A stretch of DNA of 63,998 bases, the filler included, from Reclinomonas americana ATCC 50394 (lineage: Eukaryota): the NCBI GenBank assembly GCA_048213135.1. It is 9 parts of 4 records of this genome, joined end to end, with 100 filler letters (N's around TTAATTAATTAA, not from the genome) between each part and the next. Parts side by side here need not be neighbours in the genome. Positions count along the whole stretch, not along the records: positions 33,388 to 39,195 come from PS015115.1; positions 39,296 to 52,100 come from PS015115.1; 7 more parts are not named here. One strand, 5' to 3'. Shown piece after piece: positions 37,392-50,600 of this stretch; within the stretch, counting starts at the first letter, position 1; each line of letters begins with the position of its first letter. The position numbers and the translations under genes were made by a program. The notes under the pieces were generated by a model. The model saw only the letters and a program-made list of their open reading frames with translations, was not told the DNA's origin and searched no databases.

Positions 37392-39195
37392 ATGGCCTCG
37401 TTTAGCGTGTGCGATGCCTCTATCACTGCATGCGCCATTGAGCTGGTCGAGGCATTTGTGTCACTGATCCTCGCGTTACTGTCACTGGTGTATCACGTGG
37501 CGTTTCGACGAAGACTGCTGCGATCTTCTCGCAGGTTAACTTCTCGCGCCCTTCTGCTTGTGCCTTTCCGTGCTCACTTTTGCTGTTGTGATGCACACAC
37601 ATACACGCAGCACGGCGTTGTTGTTGTACTATGTGCTTAACCTGCTGCGCGTGATGATTATCGGTTCTGGCGCTGGTGAGTCTGCACACCAACGAATGCT
37701 TGTCTCACGCGCGCGCGCGCTCACTGTCTAGCAGTGGGCTTGGCCATCTTCTTTGGCCACTACGACAATGTCGGCACTGTGTATCTCCTCGGCAGCATCC
37801 TCTTCACGTTCCGCATGTTGGCGCCCTTCTTCCTGTGCTTGTACTGGTGTGCGAGGTCGTTTGCTCATTGCACGCTCTGCTCGCCGCTCACTGCGGCGCT
37901 CGCTCTGTGACAGGCTGTTCTTCTATCAGTTGGCCTCCATGTCCACCGTACGCGGTCTGAAGGTGACCATGCAGGTGTTCTTGTCGCTGGCCATGATCAT
38001 CTCTGTCAGCGTGGTGATCGCCACCGGAATCACGATTGGCGAGTGCCAGTCGGTGCAGTGGGTGCTTGCGGTGCCGTCGTGCTACAAGGCCGCCGTGACC
38101 ACCAACTCGGTCCGTTTGCGCATGCTCCTTTACCCAAACCACAGCTCTCGCGTCTTACTTCTGACTGCAGATGGCGTTTGTGCTGGCCACCATGCTGCTG
38201 GTTGTGCCGTCGATCATTGTCGTGTTCCTATGTCACAAGAGCATTCACAAGCCGTCGCCGCCACTGCGCGCTGCCATGGTCAAGGTGCTGCGTGGCGATG
38301 TCTCTTTCGTTGCGCTGTCGCCCTTTTGTCTCACCCGCGCATGAATGCACAGACCTCCATTCTCGGTGTCACCGTGGTGATTGGCTCCGTGCTGGTGGCC
38401 ATTCGCAATCTGGCCGACGTGGTGGCGGCCAACTGGTTCCTCAGTCCCATGTCGCGCATTCCCGCGACCATTTTCATCTTTCTGCTGGACATGGAGGTGC
38501 TGTTTTTGCTTCACTTCCGCAACCCCACCAGTCGTGCGCGTGCCGTCGGCCGTCGGTGGCGCGAGGAAGTCAAAAAGTCGCTGGCCAACGGCGATCTCTC
38601 TGTGCCGCTCACCAGCACCAACAGTCAGTCCAGCTCGCCCGGCAGAGCACTCGGCCGTGGCGGCGATGCAGTCGACGATTCTAACGATCGCTTGACGCCG
38701 TCGAGGGGCCACTACGATCCGCCAAGTCTGGCCACCGGCACCGACCTCACACACACCTACGAGTACGACGACGACGACGAGGACGACCTCGTTGGCGAGG
38801 ACGGCGACGATGATCCATTCTCCGACTTTTCCCCCATACCCGCCACACCCTCGCGAACCCTATCCATCCACTCGGGTTCCACAGGCGCCAACTCCCGATC
38901 CGTCGCCATGCGAAGAATACGACGCCGCGATGTCGGCTCCGCGGACGGCGGCGATCATGACACCGAGTCGCCGCCACACACGTGCCGTCCCAACTCGGGA
39001 GGAGGAGGAGGAGGAGGGGGAGGGACAGTCGCCGCGCCAACAGTGACGTTTGGTCGATCGGCCTCGTCCGCAGGCATTCTCACGCCGCGCAACAGCTCCG
39101 GCCACGCCTCCGACTCGTCTGTCTTTGGCGAACCCACTGACGGTGCCGAACTTGCCTCGCCCCGGCACGTAGAACCGCAAGCTATCGACACGGCA
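37392..39195 (+). CDS. Multi-pass (about 7 TM) membrane protein with a long disordered acidic/Ser-rich C-tail; GPCR-like topology; truncated by spacer
   Basis: Successive hydrophobic helices (AFVSLILALLSLVY; ALLLYYVLNLL; VFLSLAMIISVSVVIA; AFVLATMLLVVPSIIVVFLC; ILGVTVVIGSVLVAI; IPATIFIFLLDMEVLFLL). Confidence 0.65.
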
Positions 39196-39461
39196 NNNNN
39201 NNNNNNNNNNNNNNNNNNNNNNNNNNNNNNNNNNNNNNNTTAATTAATTAANNNNNNNNNNNNNNNNNNNNNNNNNNNNNNNNNNNNNNNNNNNNCCTGC
39301 ATCGCCACCGATGCTAGTCGGTTCCATGTCTGCCCGCGGCTTCTTTGATAATCAGAAACGCCGGTCAGTTGCGAGATAGCCTAATGCAAAGTCGTTGGAC
39401 ATTTAGTCGTTCCCGCGCTCGGCAATTGTCCACGGTTTGCCTTCATTCACCAATCACGCAA

Positions 39462-41562
39462 ATGCGCGCGGAAGCTCTGCTGGTGGCATGGCACATGCTG
39501 CAGTACCCGGAGCCTGTGCTCAGTGTCGATGTCAGTCCATTCTCCTCTCGACTGGCCACCTCCGGTGCCGACAACACAGTCAAAGTTGAGCGCATACACA
39601 CGCATACCTCTCTCTCTCTCCCTCCCTCTGTCGCTCACCGTTTGCATGGGGGAAATGACTAGGTGTGGCACTATGCTGTGGACGCGGAGGGGCGAGTGAG
39701 TGTCGAGTTCCTGGCCAACCTCGAGCGTCACATCAAGAGTGTCAACTGCGTGCGATTCAGTCCAGTCGGTGCGTGTGTATGCAGTCTCTCCCTCTCCCTC
39801 TCCCCTCTCTCTCTCCCTCTCTCGCCACTCACTCGCCGTGTGCACACAGACGATCGACTGGCCTCGTGCGGCGACGATCATGCTGTGTTTGTGTACCGGT
39901 TGACTGGGCGACCTCCGGAGGCCGGTTCCGACAACAAGGAGAGCTGGGACAACGGGAAGATGCTGAGTGAGCACTCGGCCGATGTGTACGACGTGGCGTG
40001 GTCACCCGACGGCACCAAGTTGGTCACCGGCTCCATCGACAACACGGTGATTGTGTGGGATGCGGAGAAAGGTGTGGTGTGTGTCAGCTGCGCGAATGGC
40101 AAACACTGTGTGACACTCTTTCTGCGCAGGCAAGTCGCTGCTGCGACTGACAGAGGCGTCGCACTATGTCCAGGGTGTGGCGTGGGATCCACTGGACACC
40201 ATGCTGCTCTCCCTGTCATCCGATCGCGGGTTCCGCGTTTACTCGCGCTCGGTGACCTCGGCGCAAAAGGTACGCTCCGTGGTTGGCTGGTGGTGCATTG
40301 TCTGCTATTTCGCCGTCTCACATGTTTACGTGTAGGGTCGTCTCGCGTACGCCTGCACTCACAATGTGCGGCGACGAGCGTACACACACAATGGCGGCGA
40401 GTTTGCACACAATTACTTCCGCGACGAAACGATCGCCACGTTCTTCCGTCGACCGTGTTTCTCGCCCGACGGCTCCATCATGCTGGCGCCCACGGCGCAG
40501 TATCGGGATGATCCGAATGGGCCACTCGTTCACACCACCTACGTCTTCTCGCGACACTCGTTCTCGCGCCCTGCGCTGCACCTGCCGCTGCCGGGACAGA
40601 AAGTGACTGTGGCCGCGCGCTTCTCTCCCGTACTGTACCACAAACTGCATGACGACGCTGACGACGTGGACGAAGTGCAACCGATGGCGGCGCTGCCGTA
40701 CCGTATGGTGTTTGCTGTCGCCAGTGTCAATGCCGTCTTTGTGTACGACACGCAGAACTGGTCGCCGATTGCGTTCGCCACCGACCTGCACTACGCCAGC
40801 ATCACCGACGTGGCGTGGAGTGCAGACGGTCGACTGCTGTGTGTGTCGAGCTCCGACGGCTACTGCTCGTTCTTGACGTTTGCGGAGGGCGAGCTCGGCA
40901 GTCCTATTGCCGCCGAAGGTTTGTGCTCTCCTCTTCTGTGTCACACTGTTGCACCGACCATCAACGCCCACGCAGAACGAGATGCTATTTTGAGTAAGAT
41001 GCGCGAGGAGGAAGCCGTGCGCTTCACCAAGGTGGGCGGCGCCACACGAAAGCGCGGTGGCGGTCGGAAGCGAGCCACGGTTGCGGCCACTGTCGCCGCA
41101 TCGGCCTCCGGTGTCGTTGCGAATGTGGTGCCAGACGTCGAGTTGCGTGTGGTCTCCTGTGTGTTGTGTGTGAATGCGTGCGTATGTGGGGGAGCAAGTG
41201 ATGATCTGAAGTGCACCGTGCGCAGGATGGCCGACGCGGCTGCAGACGGCTCCGCTGACCAGTCCGCAGTGCACTTGCAGGCTTCAAAATCAAGCGGGGA
41301 GGTTCCTGCACGCGTTGCCTTTGTGTGCGACGAGGATTCGTCAGCTGAGGAGGATGAGGACGACGAGGACGAGGAACGGGAGGATGAGGAGCGGAGAGTG
41401 GAAAAGTGCGCACTGGCAAGTGTCGAGGCTGAGTCCAGTGCGACACCACTGGCAAGCAGTGCAACTCCAGTCACCGTGCAGCCCATGTCGGTGGACGACG
41501 AGAGCGCGCCAAAGCGAGCTAGACCGCGTGTGGTGCCGCGCCTTGTACAGCCTCTCCCATGA
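39462..41562 (+). CDS. CHAF1B: Chromatin assembly factor 1 subunit B (Cac2/p60/FAS2), WD40
   Basis: AWH, RLATSGAD, VEFLANLERHIKSVNCVRFSP, HYVQGVAWDP, DETIATFFRRPCFSPDG, LPYRMVFAVAS, YDTQ, LHYASITDVAWS, and a C-terminal B-domain-like PRVVPRLV. Confidence 0.95.
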
Positions 41563-41630
41563 GAATGTCAAGAAAATATATTGTACTGCTCGTTTGTTGT
41601 GGTTTGTTGCTGTGTTTATCAGTCGTTGAC

Positions 41631-44600
41631 TCATGTGTAAATGAGCATGGGTTCGTGTGCAACCTTTTGCCGCGCAAACGCAGTGATGCCGCGCGCCAGG
41701 AGAGCCATTGCCGCCCAAGCAATCAGTTGTCCAACAATGAGCCACAGCGGCTCCAATACGCATGCATGCATCACGTCCGAGAGCACCGACGTCGTGGCCT
41801 GCGCATCCAACGGGAGAAGTGAGATCAGTACACATACCCGCACGACACAATAGAACGTCGGCCACTCACCACGCTCCAGTCTTCCTGGTTGTCGCGGAAT
41901 TTTCCAATAGTCACCAGCACCATGTACGACAGGAACAGGCCGAGAAGCACGCAAAAGATGCGGCCACCGATCTTCAAGGCGTATGGCAAATCGCGCAAGC
42001 GCGCTCGCCAACACAGTTCCTCCAGCGAACTCGTACCGCGATAGCCCATTTGCTGGCGGCTAGCAGTGACCGTCGGACGCAGCATCGTCGTCTCGCGTGT
42101 GCCGTGCCGTCGCTCCACCAACACTGAACGTGTATCGCGCACCGCAGGTGTGCACGATACTGGATCGGCGCAATTCACAAACAGAACGCCATCAAGCACC
42201 ACCAGTGACGGGTCCATCATCTCGGACAATCCTTGAGGCAAACTGTTGCGCATCTGCTCGCAAGAGAGACAGAGAGAGAGAGTTGATTAGCATGTGATGA
42301 TCACTATCGACAAGTGGAGAAGAGAACGCAACTGAAGACAAGAGCGCTGACGTAGATGGATCACACTCCACGCCGAGACCACAACCAAAGCCGACTGCAG
42401 TGTCGTGCGCCAAAACAACGTGACGAATGTGCAGTTCGGCCACTGGCCGATAGCGCCCATTCTAGATGATAGATGAACGAAATTCAGAAAAACCTCATCA
42501 GTAATGCGAGAACTGCAGTACTGTCTCTTCACCTGTGACTCCACGTCGTCATCGCATGTCGGTGTCGTCGACTCCCACGCACCACCCGCTGGCGGTGGTA
42601 TCAGTGCCGCTAAACTCATGCGTCGCTCGCCGTTCTGACTGTCAACTTGGCAGCGAACGTCTCTGACTTGCGCCACCGCACCGTCGTAGTGAGCGGCGCC
42701 GCCAAAGGCGCCGTGACGGACACCCGACGATGACGACTCTGACGATGCGCACTCGTCTCGCCACCCCTCAGCCAAGGCCGACTGCACACGCAGTACCACG
42801 CGATCTGTCGCCGATACAAGCTCAGACCCCTGCATCTGGAGCACTGCTTGCCACTCCTCACAGGCAACCAGCATCAGCACGCCAGTTTTTGTGCAGCACT
42901 TGGCCGGAATGCTGAGCGGCGGGTATACGCCAGGTCGCAGCAGAATCACACTCGGCAGTTGCTCGTGATGCTCGTCAAACAGTCGTTGCAGCGCATGCGG
43001 ATCCGCCGCACCGTCAATGTAAACGTAATCTTCCGAGTCACGAATGCGCTGCAACTCCGCTTCCGTCGCACGCTGCGGCGAGAAGAGACCCTGAATGCGA
43101 GCCGATATTTCTGTTGACAAGAGAAAGAGAGTCAGGAGCGGCCAGTCCTGTCTACTCTAGTGCACACAGCACGCGCGTCTGATCGCACCTGGTGATTTCT
43201 GAGCAGCCGTGTTCCACCACTCCTCTTGATCGGAGCGGAATAGCTGATGCTGCAGGAACGCAGCCACCAAATCAAAGTAGCACTCGCGCATGACACTGTA
43301 GGGAGCCAGGCGTTCCTCCAGCAAGCCCTGGCACTGGATCTGCGACATCACGCACGCATCATGTCAGCACGCACTATACAAAGATACTCACTGAGGTAGG
43401 GCACGGGACGGCAGTAACGCACAATCCAAGCTCGAGCAAACAGCGTGAATCCACCGAGCGGATTGTTCATCGACGTCTCACAGAGAGCAAGTTGCAAAAG
43501 TGTGTTCACATGCGGAGCGCAGATGCACGGGCGGCTTGCAGCAGCATCGGTAACCTGGACGGAACCAACGTCGTCAGCTGCGGTGTTTTCGGGCAGGCAG
43601 CAAGAGCTACACGTAACTGGACGACTGTCGGGAAGTGCGCGCCAGCTGAAACGCATGGTCGACAGGCAGTATTCGCCGGCGGTGTCAGGTTCACTGAGAA
43701 TAGTGAAGCCGAAAGGCTGACGGTCACGCAGCCAGCCGCGTCTGGCGAGCTGTAGCCCCCGCCCCCCAAAAAACAATGAGGACACTCGCTTCCACAAAGT
43801 CTGCATCAAGCAGCAAGGTCCACTCACATTGCTGGCGACTCGCTGGATTTGTGCCGACGCAAACGCCGATGGATTGCGGTCGACGGCGGATACGGTAAGT
43901 TCAATATTTTCTTGCTGCCGCCTCAAGGCCGCAGCCTTCAACTGACTCAGAAGCACACGTGCTGCCGGTGTCGGCAAAGGTAAGTAAAACGCGACATTTG
44001 CAAATACAGAACGAGAACAATCCACTCAACAGAGGTCGACCTCGTCAGGAGTCTTGGACGGCGGAGACGGGTGACGACGCGGTGTGACGTAAAACATCCA
44101 GCCAACCAACAGGACAACAGGAAGAGCCACTAGTCCGCCTGCTCAGCGACGCAACGAGATCGGTGAGAAAATCGACACAAGATGGTGAATGCAAGTCTCA
44201 GTCGTCGCACACTAACCAACAACCGCAGCGCCAAGAGCATGCACAATCGTCAGTGCCACACTTTGACTGCTGGTACTCATCGCCGCATTGACGTAGCAAC
44301 TGGCCACCAGGCCCACCCACAGCAACTGTGCAGCAGAGAGTGAGAATCACCCCCTGTTTCCGCGTCGCTCGACAACAACATCGAATAACAACAGCTGTAC
44401 AGCACTACTCACCAGCACTTTGTCCACTCGTCGTACGGTTGTGTCACGGCGTGGTTCAATCACTGCGGATACCCACAGATGCTGCCGCGCCAGAGTCCGA
44501 GCATGCTCCTTCAGTCGCTCGGCTGTGGACCGCTGGCGTCTCAGGGCAATCACCCGGCGCACAGCGGCCTGGAAGCGACGCAGTGGGCGACTGGGGCGGA

Positions 44601-47600
44601 CTAGATCCTCGCGCTCCGCCACCAGAACCACCGCACTGTTCGCTGGCAGGTCGGCACCGACCCGGGGCGATGCGCCTGCCGGCGAAAGTGCGTCCGAGGT
44701 GGCGTCGTCACTGACACGTCGGGCAATCAATTGTGCCTGACTGTCAGCAGAGCACGTCGATGCCGCATCCAGCTGATCGTGGTGCTCGGAGAATGGTGAG
44801 TCACTGGCTCGCTGCACCACCGAAGACATTTTCTGCGCCACCAGGTAATTAGCACATCGCCGCACATCACACCCAGAGAAAGTGCGTACAAACCCGCCGC
44901 GCAATGTCGACCTCCAATGACAAACTGCGGCGATGACGAGACGAGTGCGCCAACAACATCTGCGTACTGTCGCGTCGATTTCGCGAACGTCTTGCATCCC
45001 CAGAAAAGGTGAGAGTATCCATTCTGGCAAGGCGCGGCACCTGCCGACGTGGCTGACTTCGCTGCCAAGGAGGAGCAGTCTCAGAATCGTCCGCCGACAA
45101 CGACGGTGAGTCGACTCGCAGGGGTGACGTGGAGAGCAAAACGGGTGATCGAAGGCGTTCGACGACCTCATCGTCGCTGGGAGACTCACGACGTCCGTCC
45201 CACACCGAGTTAATGCGGGATACTGGACGGGCTTGATGCGACGGCAACTCCGCCTCAAAGATGAGCACAGCATTGCTGGCCACTGGATCGACACTGCCGG
45301 GCAGTTTGACGTCGCCGATCACAGTATCTGCCACGCTGATCGACGGCGAATGACGAGTAGAGGGGCCAGATAACGGCGAGTCAAACGCCGGTGACAACGA
45401 CGACATGGAGAACTGGAAGAGGGGAATCTCCGAAAGCGACACGGGAGGCATTTGCGACTGGGCAGAGAGCTTGAGCGTGAGAACAGCGGATAAGATCACA
45501 GAATTCGAAGAGTCGTGCCAACCTGGTGTCGGATCATGGATCCAATCGGCCGCAAGTCTCCTCGCCGACTCGCCGAGCGCACTGGCGACGGCCCTTGCTC
45601 GTCTATTGGCTCCTCGACGAACCGCGGCATGCGTCGTCGCGAAGAGCCCACGTGCTCCGAGCCCTCATCTGCTACTGCTGATGGTGGTGCATGTAGGACA
45701 AACGACGACTCCATGGGCACATGGAGCCATGACGCCACGCCCAGTAGATGGCCACGTCGACGAGACTGCACCCGCTCTCGCAGGTGATCGCCATCGTCAA
45801 CAGCAATAGCTGGAGCCGACTCAGGTATCGTCGCGTCCTTCCCCACTTTCGCCTCCACAGCCTGCATTTCGCGATCACGAACAGCCGCCAGCTCGGCGAG
45901 CCGCGCCAGATACTTGTGGCGCTGCTGTACCGCGCATTCATCCTGTTCATGGGGCGAATGATGATTGAGAACAAGCACGCAGGGAATGTCTGTGTGCGTG
46001 TGTGTGAATACAGGCCAGCGACATACCTCCACGTCCAGAGCGCGATCGCGACGCCACATGACCACAACAGTCACCACAAACAGCACAAAGTATGTGCACA
46101 GGAGGAAGAACGTTGGGCTGAGGAACACGTTGTGCTTCGCAATCAGATTGGCATCCGCCGGACTGGCAAACGTGAAGGAGATCTTTGGCAGGATCGACAA
46201 ATCCAGCGTCTGCATGGACGATGAAGATTATTCAACACAGCTGGATCACACCACGCAAACACCAACAGGAAACGCAACAAAGTCGGTCATGTGACTGGTG
46301 GCACAAAAGACGCCAGTGACCTGTTTCCACTCTTCGTCAGTGACACAGCAACAACGTGAGAGAGGCATGCACAAACACACAACATTCGGTAGCTGGCCCC
46401 TCAGGATCGGTTCCACCACAATGTATGTGCTTAGTCCGGTGGCACTCAACCGATTGCCGGTCTTGCATACGTCGCGAGAGACACACAGTGGAATCCACGT
46501 ATTCGGCAACTCAATCATCATCGGCGCCGCGGTAGTCACGTTGAATCGATACTCCGATTCCGCTGCGCACCGAAGGAGCGGCGATGTAAGTCACAAATAT
46601 GAGCGCTGTCTGCGGCAGTGACATTAGCGCAACTTGCATTGGTGCAGTTTTGCAACATGCACATGGCAATCCGTGAAAACGTTTGGTTGTACTGGCCAAT
46701 CACACTCTGCCACTCGGGAATCACAAGAACCAGTGGCTCCTGCTCGTCCTTTACCGATACAGTGTCTTCGGGACTCTGCGCAGCAAGGGTCAAGATACAC
46801 TCACACGCACGGCAGTAGATGTCTCAGTCGTCAAGCACACCTGCACCGAGTACGCGTACACCTTGGACGGTTGCGCCTTCTTGTTGTAGTCGTTGGTCGC
46901 ATTGACAATCGGCACGCCAGTAAAGCCCACCTGTGAGGGCACAGACAGTCAGCAAATCACTGTGCATGCATTGTACATAACCAAAGAAGGACGCACCTCG
47001 ACCAGCGCATTAAAGTGATCTGCATCACCGGCGAGTCGCTGGCCTATCGTGTGCGGCAAGACTACAAGTGGAGTCTGCAGCGCATCAGAACCGCGTGCAG
47101 ACGTCAGCGTCTCAAATGCCACTGAGAAAAAAACATATGGTGAGAACTCTACGAGGACACTTGTCGATTTGAAGGGCTTGTGGCTCACCCGAGTATGCTC
47201 CCTTGGATGCCGACGTCACAGTTGGGTCCACTTTTTGGGCGCGGAACGTAAAGTTTGGCGTTGAAACCGTTGTCGCGCCCTCTTTCCCGGTCTGCTCACA
47301 AGGTGAGCATGCACGGCAATGTCCAACACACAAAAAGAGACTCACCAGTCCAGCCACTGTGCGATGTGCGATCTGATTCAACACCGGTTCCAAGGCGCAC
47401 TGAGTGGCAATCGCATCCGCTTCGTCTGTCGTCGGCAGCGAAAGCATGGTCGACACGGCCTCGGCCAGTGACTGCAATGACAAGAGAGCAAAACATCGGT
47501 CAGCTGCTAACTACACCTCGCACGCAATGGGAGCGACGCGCGCTGACACGGACGCACACTCAGCGCAGCAGTCGACGGGTATGCCGACAAATTCTGCGCC

Positions 47601-50600
47601 ACTGCGCGTGCCGCGGACACCAAGTTCTGCCGCACCACCTGCATGTCGGCGGCTGGTAAGCTGCTAGTCACCTGTGTGGCGTGGTACGAACGTCAGTTCC
47701 TGACTGTAGCAGATAGTAAAATCGAGGCACCACCATGCACTCACATTCGCCACATTGTTCACCACAGAGGCGAACGACGCCAGTTCCAGTCCGTCACCCG
47801 TGGACACATGACTGCTGGCGGCAAGCACGACCTCCGACATGCGCGTCAAGGCGGAAGGGGAAACGACTGTCATGCGCACCGCAGTGTCAATGGCATGCAG
47901 TCAATGAGACGAGAATGCTGGCCAGCCAACTTAACTTGGAGAAGTGTCACTATTGCCAAACAGCATGCTGCTACCGCTCAGCAGAGACAAACTTGCTGTC
48001 ACAGTGCTCAACACAATTGAAGCGGCGCCAGGACTCTGTGCCAGCACCGATGAGAGTGAGTCACGGACGGCGACGCCAATCAACAATGAACATTCAGCGC
48101 GCACCGTGATATTTACGGCACTGGCCGACGACAGCACTGTATCAACTGCGGCTAGCACAGAAGTGGAGTCGGCATACATCTTGCGGTGCAAGGTAATGAC
48201 AGCGGTGACCGACGTTCTGCGAAGAGAGTCAACAAGTCGGCAAGAGATTGGTGCGAACAGCCGAGAGCGCAGGTGCGTGAACGACTCACCGGCCACCATC
48301 CACATCAGTCGCTGTAACACCAACGATGGCTTGATCCTGAGCGCGGCACAAGTGCTGCAGTTTGACCCCGCTGACCTTGCCCGATGGACCCGATCCCAGA
48401 GTCAACTGCGGCGCACAAAAAAATGAGACCAAAGTAAGACAGCGATAAACAGCGCGAAACTGGCAGACAGGGGATGACGGCACCTGCTGATTGGATTCGG
48501 GATCGAGCACAAAGAAAGTGTACGTCAGCGGCATTGGCGAATCAGGATCTTGGAAACCAGTGGCCACCAGGTCGAACTCCGTCTCCAGCTCCACTCCCTC
48601 ACTCGGCGAACAGACAAGCATGCCACGAGTCGGTGGCACATTGACCGTGATTAAACGACGAATGAGGACTGCAGAAACGAGTTACGACACGTCAGCTCCA
48701 TCGCAAATGGTTGCGGGCAGACGGAAAGTAATGCTACAGTCTACAACACACCTCGTCCAGTCAGCGGATGCGTTACCCAGGCTTCGGCTTCGTACGCGAC
48801 TCCAGGAACGAACGAATTGGCTGGAATAATCGCGAAACCATCGCTCGGTGTCCATCCGAACGAGGCGACTTTGACCGAGGGTGAGCCGGTCCTATTTTTT
48901 TTTCAAATTGCACGATCAGAAACGGCAGGATACCAACTCGTGCAACAGACACAACGCAACGCTTGCGAATAGATTCCCCACTCGAACGTCATCTTTGCGA
49001 CGTCAGCAGGCGCCACACCGTCCATGATCAAATCCAGCGTCAGCGGCAGCGAGGCATCAAAGCTGCGAGACAAGCTCCCCTGCGCAAAGCACGATAAGAA
49101 GGAGGAAGGAAGCACACCAGGATCTCGATCACAGCATTTCTCCACGCACTCGAATAAAGGCATTTCCCGAGCCGATGCGCGCTGTCTGGGTTCCAAATTC
49201 TGCGGCACATTCACACAAAGAGTTGGAACACAACATAAAACACTGCTCACAACAACGGGCACACACGCACCTTGGAAGACGTACACGTTCTGCGCGTACA
49301 CTCCACCGTTGCCGTCATTGGTCTGCACTTGCACTTCGTGGTTGCTGCCAGCCAGGTCGTCCGTGTCCACCACGAGGTTCGAGCCGGTGACGTTGAACTT
49401 CGACCCAGATCGCCCGCCGATAATCGTCAATGTCTGCGTCTGGCAACAATTGTTGTCGCTGACGTCTAGCGGTCCAATGATGGTTCCGCGCCGTGCAAAC
49501 GGCGTCATGCCCACCACCGCGGGTTCCACAGCAAATGTGTTGTGCACCAGCGCAATGGATGTCGGTGGCACATTCGCTGTTGTAACAACAATCCCCAAGA
49601 GAGTCAGTCGCCAACGGAACACCACAATGACGGACAAAGCGAAAAAACGGAACCTTCAGTGATAGTGAACGACTGCGACTGCGACAGCCCACGCGAGTCG
49701 GTCACTTGCAGTGTCACTTGCAAGTTCAGGCCCTGCTGCGTCGGCGACCGGACAACCAGATTTGTTCCCTGGACATCAAAGAGGCTGGCGGCCGGACCAC
49801 CAGCAACTGAGTATGTCAACACCTCGTTCGAGTTCAGGTCCGTGGCCGACAGCTGTCCCACTGCGGAATTGGCGGTCCCCGACATGGGAATGTACAGCCG
49901 ATTCGACAAGGCGAGACCCGTGGGCGCCACATTGACTAACGAATCGCAAGACGTGATCATCAGTCAACGCGTGTGCACAGACAGCTGCCGCTCGCTCTTG
50001 CCTCACCTTCATCAATGATGACGCCGACTTTGACGAAGAAGAGACCTGCTGCGTCGGTTACACGCAGATCCACACGGAGACCCATTCCACGAGTTCCGGC
50101 GGCACTGATTCGCAGCTGATTGGCAGCGATGTTGAAGAGTGCAGCATTCGCACCGCCAACAATCGAAAACGTGTGCGAATCACCGACATTGGCGTCCACT
50201 GCTGTCAGGTTGCACACAACCTGGTTGGCTGCCATTGTAGGGAAGACGTACACATTGGTGGAGAGCAGAATGTTGGTCGGCGCCACATTGACTGCACCCG
50301 AAAACACAGTCGCGTGAGCACAGAGGCAAGAAATCAATATATCCACAGAGCAGTGCACGACGTGTAACTCTGTGTAATCGTGAAACTGACGTCCAGGGTC
50401 AGGCCGGCAGAGTCGGTGGCGCGGACGATGACCACGAAATTCGTGCCCACTTGACCCGCATTCACAAATCGCAGTCGATTCGTACTGACGTTGAACAGCA
50501 TCGCATCGGCCCCGCCAACAATCGAAAATGTGTGCGAATCGCCCACATTCGGATCGGTGGCAGTCAGAGTGCCGACCACCGTGTTGGCCCCAGGTGTCGG

